Below are positions 55,598 through 64,000 of a DNA stretch of 64,000 nucleotides, one piece after another. The DNA comes from an uncultured delta proteobacterium (lineage in GTDB: Bacteria > Desulfobacterota > Desulfomonilia > UBA1062), in the NCBI GenBank assembly GCA_963785235.1, contig CAWAUM010000001.1:320001-384000 (forward strand). The letters are read 5' to 3'. The first letter of the stretch is position 1; every line of letters starts with the position of its first letter. The translations under genes were made by a program, and so were the position numbers. The notes below the pieces were generated by a model. That model worked only from the letters and a program-made list of their open reading frames with translations. It had not been told where the DNA came from and did no database searches.

Positions 55598-57713
55598 TCG
55601 CCCAGTCCTGTTCAGCGTCTTAGCAGCCGGCATTTCCTCGGTTGTGGCGCAACTCATATTCATCCGGGAATTCCTGGCCGGTTTCGAAGGAAACGAGTTC
55701 GTCATCGCCCTGATCCTCCTCACCTGGCTGATGTCGACCGGCATGGGCTCGCTCATGGCGCTGTATCTCCAAAGGAGCGCCGGCGGGGCGTCTGTAAAGG
55801 CCCTGGGCCTGATGGCAATAGTACTCGCCGTGCTTCCCACCGTGCTGATCCTCATGGAGAGATTTATACGGAACACCCTTTGGGTTCAGGGTGCTTCCGT
55901 GGGGTTTTACCCGACCCTGGCCTTTGTCTTCGGAACCATCGCGCCTTATGCCCTCCTCATAGGAATCTTCTTTCCCTACAGTCTCTTCGTCCTCAGGTCG
56001 GTCTTACAGACATACCCGGCATCAATGGTTTATGCCATGGACTCTCTCGGGGCTGCAGCCGGTGGGGCGGCCTTCTCCCTTGCACTGGTCCATCTCCTCA
56101 CGCCCTTTGGGACGCTTCTGGCAGTGAACATCATCCTCATTGCAGCCTCGTGCCTCCTCCTGGTCTTTGCCGGGATGAACAGGGAGCTCATTGCAGCCCT
56201 GGTGGTTGCGGCAGCAGCCGTTCATGGGGCGGGTATGGCTCTGGAGAAGGACTCGCTGGGGCCAATGTCAGGCAAGCTCATCTCATACCGGGAATCCTTT
56301 TTCGGGAGGATAACCATCACCAGGGATCAGGAACTCTATACGGTTTTTGTGGACGGGGTCCCGGCCCTTTCAGGTCAGAACGTGAATATTGCAGAGGAAG
56401 CCAGCCACTATGCCCTCAGCCAGCTCAAAAGCGTCAGAAAAGTGCTGCTTGTCTCTTCGGTACCCGGGATCGCTGGATGAGATTAGGAAGTACCGGCCTG
56501 AAGAAATCGACTATGCCCAGCTCGATCCCTATCTGAGCGAGGTCGAAATGAGGTTGGGACTTGTCAAACCCGTACAAGGACTCCGGGTTATCGCCGAAGA
56601 CGGCCGGGCATACCTGAAGCGTACGGACAAGAAGTATGACGCCATCCTCGTGAACTACCCCGAGCCCAAGACCTTCCAGACAAACAGATATTTCACCGAA
56701 GAATTCATGCGGCTGGCCAAGGCCCACCTGAACCAGGGAGGCGTGCTGAGTTTCTCGGTGGAAGGCTACGAGAGTTATCTGTCCGCCACGGCGCGCTCTC
56801 AGGCGTCTTCGCTGTACAATACTGCTTCGGCAGTGTTTTCCCACGTGCTTATCCTTCCGGGACAGAGGATATATTTTATCACAAGCGATAGCCCATTAAG
56901 CAAGGATATCCCCGGACTCCTTGCAGGCAAGGGAATCAAGACAGATTACATCGGGTATTACTTCTCGGGCGACGTCAGCCAGGACAGGATGAGCAGCCTC
57001 ATGAAACTCCTGGATCCCCATGCACCCAGGAATACTGATCTGAAGCCCTATATCATGAGGGTTGCCCATGAGGGATGGTTTGCAAAGTACTCATCGTATC
57101 CTCTTGTTTTCTTTATAGCCCTGGCCTGCTTCTTTACCATGTACCTTACCCGTTTGCGGCAAGAGGAATTCGTCTTGTTCACCACGGGATTCGTAAACAT
57201 GGGCAGCGAGATTATCACCATCTTCAGCTTCCAGATCCTCTTGGGTTTCCTCTATATGAAGATCAGCCTTATCATAACGGTCTTCCTGGCCGGTCTCATC
57301 CCGGGAATACTCTTTGGCCGGCGCTATAAAGGGAGCATCAGGCAAAGTCTTATCATTTCCGATGGCCTTTTGGTGCTGCTCCTGATCATGTTCTTAGGCC
57401 TTCTCATTACATTCTCCCAGGGATTGAACGGGTTGTTCTTCTATTCCTTTGCCTTTCTCATTTCCGGTCTGTGCGGGTTCCAGTTTCCCCTGGTGGCAGG
57501 GGCTCACGGCGGACGGCAACACCGTTGCTGCCCGGGCATTTTCCGTGGACCTTGTGGGGGCGGCCCTGGGCATTATCCTGCTGAGCGCCCTGATCATCCC
57601 TGTCTTCGGAATTATTGTTGCCTGCACGGTCTTGATCGCAATCAAGCTTGCGAGTATTATTATCCAAATAAGCCATGGCAAAGATCACTCGGAGGAGCAT
57701 TCCTTCGTTCTAG
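55581..57713 (+). CDS. Polytopic membrane protein with central spermidine-synthase-like domain (frameshifts near 56470 and 57500)
   Basis: QLIFIREFL..FEGNE, YAMDSLGA, EEASHY, EDGR, YDAILVN, GFQFP, DLVGAALG; TM blocks on both sides. Confidence 0.85.
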
Positions 57714-58854
57714 TATGGCGCTTTGCATCGCCGGCACCACGCTGAATTGCTGGCCGGGATTTGTCCGGTGTGCCTTTGCGAACCCTTTGGCCGACATCAA
57801 GGGCAGTATCTTTAAAGGCGATGCCCCAAGCGGCTCTGGAGATATTCGAAAGAGGGGATGTTCTACCAGAAAAGTTATGGAAACAAGGTGGCCTGCCTGG
57901 TCTGCCCCAACCACTGCGAGCTCTCGGTAGGCGACAGGAGCGTATGCCGCTCCAAGGTGAACCTCGGAGGGAAACTTTACAGCATTGCCTATGGGAACCC
58001 CTGTTCCGCCACAATTGATCCTATCGAGAAAAAGCCGCTGTTCCACTTCAAACCACGAACAAGGGCCTTCTCCATTGCCACAGCCGGTTGCAATCTGAGG
58101 TGCCTTAACTGCCAGAACTGGGAGATCTCCCAATCCAGGCCCGAGGATATGAGCACGTCTGAGCTTTTCCCCCTGAAGTGATAAAGGCTGCCCGCGCATC
58201 CGGATCGGCCAGTATTGCCTACACCTATTCCGAGCCCATCTCTTTTTATGAATACATGTTCGACACTGCGCCTGGAAGCACGAAAAAACGGCATTGCAAA
58301 CCTCATGATCACCAACGGCTACATCAACACCGAGCCTCTGAACAAGCTCTGCACGGTTCTCGACGGGGCCAATGTCAACCTCAAGTCATTTTCCGACGAT
58401 ATCTACCGAAGGCTCAACGGCGGCAGGCTCGACCCGGTCCTGACAACCGTGAAGACGCTCCACGAGCGCGCCGTCCACATGGAGATCACGAACCTCCTGG
58501 TGCCCGGCTATACCGACAACGAGGACATGGTGAAACACATGTGCTCCTGGATCCTGAAGAACGTGGGGCCCGATCATCCGCTCCACTTCCTGCGGTTTTT
58601 CCCCAAATACAAGCTCGACCGGCTGGCGCCAACGCCCATCTCCACGCTGACCCGTTTCCGGGATGTCGCCATGAAGGAAGGCATCAGGTACGTATATGTG
58701 GGAAATGTCGCTGGGCACGAAGGGAACAACACCTACTGCCATTCCTGCGGCAAACTCCTCCTGGAGCGCAAGGGGTATTTCATCTCGACCTACAATCTTG
58801 ATGGGAGCAGGTGCAGATTCTGCAAGGACCGTAGTACCGGGGGTGTGGGGGTGA
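57675..58854 (+). CDS. AmmeMemoRadiSam radical SAM enzyme with Tat-like leader (several frameshifts)
   Basis: CLVCPNHC, DPIEKKPLFHF, GCNLRCLNCQNWEIS, AYTYSEP, NVNLKSF, YVYVGNV, TYCHSCG. Confidence 0.9.
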
Positions 58855-58889
58855 TGGTCGTTCATGAAACGACTGAATAGGCTGTTCTT

Positions 58890-59115
58890 TATCCCGGATT
58901 ATGCGTTTAAGATGAGTAAAAAAACTTGATCCGTTAAAAACACTCAATCTTGCAGCCTTTGCGGGATGCTGATTTTCTCGGTCCTTCAAGGCTGCAAGAT
59001 TGAGGTTTTTAACGGACCTATTTTAAAAACAATTCCATGGTCACTATGAGTGTTCATGCTTAAGGCCACCTGAAGTGCATAGAGTATGTATGGGTACATT
59101 CAATCGCAAAATCAG
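58890..59115 (-). repeat. Dispersed palindromic element, copy 2 (inverted repeat at 58930-58959/58988-59016, 28-nt loop)
   Basis: Arm TCCGTTAAAAACACTCAATCTTGCAGCCTT; flanks match copy 1 in reverse complement. Confidence 0.9.
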
Positions 59116-59118
59116 GAT

Positions 59119-62100
59119 TTATGCATGCACATGTCCGGCGAGGTATCCGCGTATCACCCTTTGAAGCTTGTCGAGATAGATGTAGGTCACAGGGGTGATG
59201 TAGAGCGTCACGATCTGGGAAAAGACAAGCCCGCCCACCACGGCAAGCCCCAGCGGGCGTCTGGATTCTCCGCCTGCACCCAGGCCGATGGCTATGGGGA
59301 GCGTGGCCATGAGGGCGGACATGGTGGTCATCATGATGGGCCGAAACGGATGAGTGCGCCCTGAAAGATCGCCTCCTCCGGGCTCTTCCCCTCCTTCCTC
59401 TCTGCATCCAGGGCAAAATCGATCATCATGATGGCATTTTTCTTCACGATCCCGATGAGCATGATGATCCCCACCAGGGCATACAGATTGAGATCAATCC
59501 GGAAGATGAGCAGGGTCACGAGCGCGCCGATGCCTGCCGAGGGCAGTCCTGAAAGGATGGTCAGCGGATGGATGAAGCTCTCGTAGAGGATGCCGAGAAC
59601 CACATAGATAACCAGTATGGCCACCAGGATCAGCACGCCCAGGCCCACCATGGATGATTCAAAGGCCTGTGCCGTACCCTGGAGGCTGCCGGTAACGGTG
59701 TCGGGCAGGATAGTGTTCGCGGCCTTTTCCACCTCATTCAGTGCGTCACCCAGTGCCTTGCCCGGGGCCAGGTTGAAGGACAGGGTTACGGCGGGGAGCT
59801 GTCCCAGGTGGTTGACGGACATGGGTCCCACGGTGCGATCCAGGTTCACTACCGTACTGAGAGGGACCAGGGTGCCGGTAGCGGACCGGATATAGAGCAG
59901 CGAGAGTGCCGATGGGTCTGCCTGATACTGCTGCTGCGAGCTCCATGATGACCTGGTAGTCGTTATTGGGGGCATAGATGGTGGATACCTGGCGGGAGGA
60001 GTACGCGCTCGCCGAGGGCCTGTTCTATCTGGAGCACGCTGAAGCCCAGGGCTGAGGCCTTGTCCCGGTTGATGCTGACGGTTATTTGCGGGTTCTTGAG
60101 CTGGAGATCGCTCGTCACATCCTGGAAGCCCGGCAGGTCCTTCAGCCTGGCCTCCAGCAGGGGCGCATACCGATACAGTTCGCTGATATCCGGGCCCTGG
60201 AGGGCGTACTGGTACTGGCTCTTGGTTTGATACCCGCCGATGCGTATGGGCGGCGGGTTCTGCAGATAGGTCTGGATGCCGGGTATGGTGGCGAGCTTGG
60301 GCCTGAGGCCCTGGATGATCTCGTCAGCGCTCTTGCTGCGCTCGCTGCGCGGTTTCAGCCGGAGCATCAAGCCGCCCGTGTTGGACGAACTGCTGCCGCC
60401 GCCCCCGCCCACGCGTGACATGACGATATCCACATTTTCGGTCCTGCTGCACAATGCGGGAAACCTTGTTCTGGTAGACCTTCATGGCCTCGAACGATGT
60501 GCCCTGGGCCGCTTCTGTTGATCCGGTGATCTGGCCTGTATCGGCGCTCGGGAGGAACCCCTTGGGCATGACCACATAGAGGTAGACGACCCCTGCCAGG
60601 AAAAGAAAGGATACCATAAGGGTTGAGCGCCGGTGATGCAGTACCCATTGAAGGCTTTTTTCATACATGCTGAGCATACCGCTGAAAAAACGCTCGGATA
60701 CCTGGTAGGCCTTGCCATGCTGCTCTAAGCCTGCAGGGTCGAAGCATGATGCTGCAGAGCATCGGCGTAAGGCTCAGGGACACGAACCCGGAGATCAGGA
60801 CGGCAACTACAATGGTTACGGCAAATTCATTGAGCAATCTGCCTATGATGCCGCCCATGAAGAGCACCGGGATAAAAACGGCCACCAGGGAGAGCGTCAT
60901 GGATATGATGGTGAAGCTGATCTCCTTTGACCCGTTTAAGGCTGCATCACGCGGGCTCTCGCCATGCTCCATGTGCCGTACGATATTTTCCAGCATGACA
61001 ATGGCATCGTCCACGACAAAACCTACGCACAACGTGAGCGCCATGAGGGAAAGGTTATCAAGGTTGTATCCTGCCAGGTACATGACCGAGAAGGTCCCCA
61101 CGATGCGACATGGGCAGCGCCAGGCTGGGGATAATGGTTGCAGAGAGGTTCCGCAGGAAGAGAAAGATGACCAGGACCACCAGAACCAGCGCGACGAGCA
61201 GCGTGATCTGGACATCGTGGATGGATTCCTTGATGGATGGCGGACCGGTCGTACATGATGTTCAGGCTCATGGATGCAGGGATCAGGGCCTTATAGCTCG
61301 GGAGGATATCTTTGATGGACTGTACTACCGCTACCGTGTTGGTGCCCGGCTGGCGCTGGATGGCAAGGACTATTGCCCGTTCGTTGTTGAGCCATGAGGC
61401 AGCCTTGTCATTTTCGACACTGTCGATTATCCGGCCCAGGTCGCCAAGCCGTACCGGCGATCCATTCCGGTAGGCGACGATCAGCGGCCGGTAGGCATCG
61501 GCGTTTTTGAGCTGTCCTTCACGTCTGGACCGTGAATGCCTTGTATTTGCCCCACAGCGTGCCTGTGGGAAGGTTGGCATTGCCGGATTCAATGGCGTCG
61601 GACACTTCATTGATCCCGACTGACCTGGTGGCAAGGGCCTTGGGGTCGAGCTGGACCCGGACGGCATATTTCTGTGACCCATATACCCCCACTTCCGCCA
61701 CGCCGTTGATCATGGAGATCCGTTTCGCAAGGAGATTTTCCGCATATTCGTCTACCGTGGTCAACGGCAGGGTCGAAGATGTCAGCGCAATAAAGAGGAT
61801 AGGTGACTCTGCCGGGTTCACCTTCCTGAAGCTCGGGGGCGACGGCATGTCCTCGGGCAGGTGACGCGTGGCCGACGAAATGGCTGTCTGGACGTCCTGG
61901 GCCGCTGCGTCTATGTTCCGGTTGAGATTGAACTGCAGGGTGATCTGGGTGCTCCCCTGTGAGCTCGATGAGGTCATGGAATCGATGCCGGCGATATTGG
62001 AAAACTCCTTTTCCAGCGGTGTTGCAACGGAGGAGGCCATGGTCTCCGGGCTTGCTCCCGGAAGGCTTGCAGATACACGGATGGTGGGGAAATCCACATT

Positions 62101-62214
62101 GGGGAGCTCGCTGACGGGCAGCGCCCTGTAGGCAACAATGCCGAAGATGAGAAACGACATCATGACAAGGGTGGTCATGATGGGGCGCTCTATGAAGATA
62201 CGTGAGATGTTCAT
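59119..62214 (-). CDS. RND efflux permease (MdtB/C-like), many frameshifts
   Basis: [60 protein letters not shown], spread over about 7 ORF pieces. Confidence 0.92.
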
Positions 62215-62234
62215 TCTCTTTCCCGGCTGCCTTG

Positions 62235-63347
62235 CTATTTCGAGGTTTTCATGATTACCTTGGCACCCGGGTTCAGCCGCATCTGACCGTCCGTAACGAT
62301 GCGCTCCCCTGGTTTAAGACCTTTTACGATCACGGTCTCGCCTTTGACTTCGCCTCCGATGGTAACCGGCCTCATTTCGGCCGCCAAATCAGGCCCGATG
62401 ACATAGACATATTGCCCTGTCTGCCCCTGCTCCACTGCCTGGGAGGGCACGAGTACCGCATCGCTCTGGACAGTGAGCGTCAATACGACATCGACAAACT
62501 GGCCCGGTACGAGGCGCTTCTCCTTGTTGGCAAAGGTCCCTTTGATGGTAATGGTCCCGGTGGTCCTGTCGATGGCATTGTCCACAAAGGTGAGTTCGCC
62601 GTTCTCGGGGCGTTCTTCTCCGGGGATGAAGGCTTCCACCGTGAGCGTTTTTTCCATGGAGTATTTCTTGACCCTTGGCAGGTCCTTTTCCACAACGGCA
62701 AAGGTGACGTATATCGGTTGGATCTGGTTGATGGTGAGGATTTCGGTGTCATCGGCCTTGACGATGTTCCCCTGATTCACCTTGAGCATGCCGGTCCGGC
62801 CGTCTATGGGGGAATAGATGGAACAGTACTGCATCAAGACGCGGTTGCTCTCTACAATGGCCTCGTCGGCCTTCAGCGTTGCCTTAAGGGCGTCGGCGTT
62901 TGCCTGGATCTGGTCGAATTGCTCTTTGGCCACATAGTCCTTCTTGATCAGGTCGGCATACCGGCGCACCTGTTCCTCGGCGTATCTCGCCTGGGCCTTG
63001 TCCCTTACAAGATTTGCCTGGGCCTGGGCGAGTGCGGCCTCATTCGTGCGGCAGTCCAGGGTGAGGAGAAGGTCCCCTTTTTTCACGTCCTGGCCTTCCT
63101 TGAAAAGGACCTTCGCGATCTGGGCCGTGATCTGGGTTCGCACCGAGATGGTCTGAAAGGCCTCCACCGAGCCAAAAGCATTCATCTGAATAGGTATGGT
63201 CTTCTGGACAGCAACGGCCACCACGACCGGCACGGATTTGTTTACGGGAGGTTTCTTCTTTGGCGAACAGGCATTCATAAAAACTGCTGTGATGCACAGC
63301 AAAAGCACACAGCAGACCATAATCCTTCTCATTATCTTATTCATCAT
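62235..63347 (-). CDS. RND periplasmic adaptor (MdtA-like membrane fusion protein)
   Basis: N-terminal lipobox-like MNAC, FKEGQDVKKGDLL, SPIDGRTG, DRTTGT, LVPGQFV. Confidence 0.93.
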   Translation of the reverse strand: MMNKIMRRIMVCCVLLLCITAVFMNACSPKKKPPVNKSVPVVVAVAVQKTIPIQMNAFGSVEAFQTISVRTQITAQIAKVLFKEGQDVKKGDLLLTLDCRTNEAALAQAQANLVRDKAQARYAEEQVRRYADLIKKDYVAKEQFDQIQANADALKATLKADEAIVESNRVLMQYCSIYSPIDGRTGMLKVNQGNIVKADDTEILTINQIQPIYVTFAVVEKDLPRVKKYSMEKTLTVEAFIPGEERPENGELTFVDNAIDRTTGTITIKGTFANKEKRLVPGQFVDVVLTLTVQSDAVLVPSQAVEQGQTGQYVYVIGPDLAAEMRPVTIGGEVKGETVIVKGLKPGERIVTDGQMRLNPGAKVIMKTSK

Positions 63348-63465
63348 AGTTAAATAATCTCACAAATGTTTTTTTAAAGAGCATGAATACATATTTTATT
63401 TTCCTAGTTAAACATGTTTCTTTACAGACGTATGAGGAAAATAATTTGTTTACCGTGTGTTCATG

Positions 63466-64000
63466 TCACTTTTTTTCACTGATCAAAGGGATCGAACAGG
63501 AAGTTATCTTCTCCTTGAGTTTTTCTGCGTCAAAGGGCTTGTGCATGAAATGATCCACACCTGCCTTACGGGCCAGATCTTCCTGAGAACGCTCGGATTC
63601 GGTGGTTATCATGATGATGGGAATGCCTGAAAAGACCGGGACGCTACGGACCTCTCTTGTAAATTCCACCCCATCCATAACCGGCATGTTCATATCGGTA
63701 ATAATCAGGTTGAAACGTTTGCCCGTTGCAATGATATCAAGGGCCTCCCGTCCGTTCAGTGCCGTGGTTATCTTCATGCCCAGGGATGCTGCCACGCTTT
63801 TATAGAAGTTAAGCATGGCCTTTGAATCATCCACGGCAAGGATAGTGATGCCTTCTCCTTCCACGCAGAGCCCCTGGAGGATATGCAGGTCGGCTTGCGC
63901 CCGGCCGGAATCCATTCCTGCTAATAGTTTTTTGTATTGTGCAAGATGCTCTCCATCTCCTGAGCCCTTGATCTCCTCGATCAGCATGGATGCAATGGCT
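63466..64000 (-). CDS. C-terminal receiver domain of a larger protein (partial)
   Basis: AVDDS, ITDMNMPVMDG, MITTE, KPF; frame open to the window edge. Confidence 0.8.
   Translation of the reverse strand, partial: AIASMLIEEIKGSGDGEHLAQYKKLLAGMDSGRAQADLHILQGLCVEGEGITILAVDDSKAMLNFYKSVAASLGMKITTALNGREALDIIATGKRFNLIITDMNMPVMDGVEFTREVRSVPVFSGIPIIMITTESERSQEDLARKAGVDHFMHKPFDAEKLKEKITSCSIPLISEKK

Overview
64 kb of bacterial chromosome, most likely from a Desulfobacterota/deltaproteobacterial anaerobe. This is inferred from the split Fo-only atp operon, ahbB-hemL, and the flgM/csrA layout. The core blocks are lysS-lolCE-lolD-bamA-skp-lpxD, a flagellar cluster (flgM divergent from flgF-G-A-H-I-J-N-K-csrA), atpZ-I-B-E, gdhA-nrpR, ahbB-hemL, a short glmU followed by lon, mreBCD-mrdA-rodA and an RND pump. 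The accessory blocks are a receptor-less CheB/CheR fusion with a PAS kinase and a sigma54 activator, and an AmmeMemoRadiSam operon. Top candidate for a novel system: the AmmeMemoRadiSam operon at 54125-58854 appears to be exported. It has a signal-peptide MEMO1-AMMECR1 fusion, a Tat-signal radical SAM enzyme, and between them a polytopic membrane protein with a degenerate spermidine-synthase domain. Second candidate: a ~200-bp dispersed repeat in two copies (~34.1 kb and ~58.9 kb). Its 28-nt loop, between 29-bp inverted arms, is flipped relative to the flanks in one copy, and the arms carry mirrored substitutions. There are about 20 single-base frameshifts, densest after 56 kb and also in lon and flgK, that look like consensus errors, so split genes are annotated as single CDSs. 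No rRNA, tRNA, CRISPR array or transposase was recognised. All calls come from reading the sequence; no searches were run.
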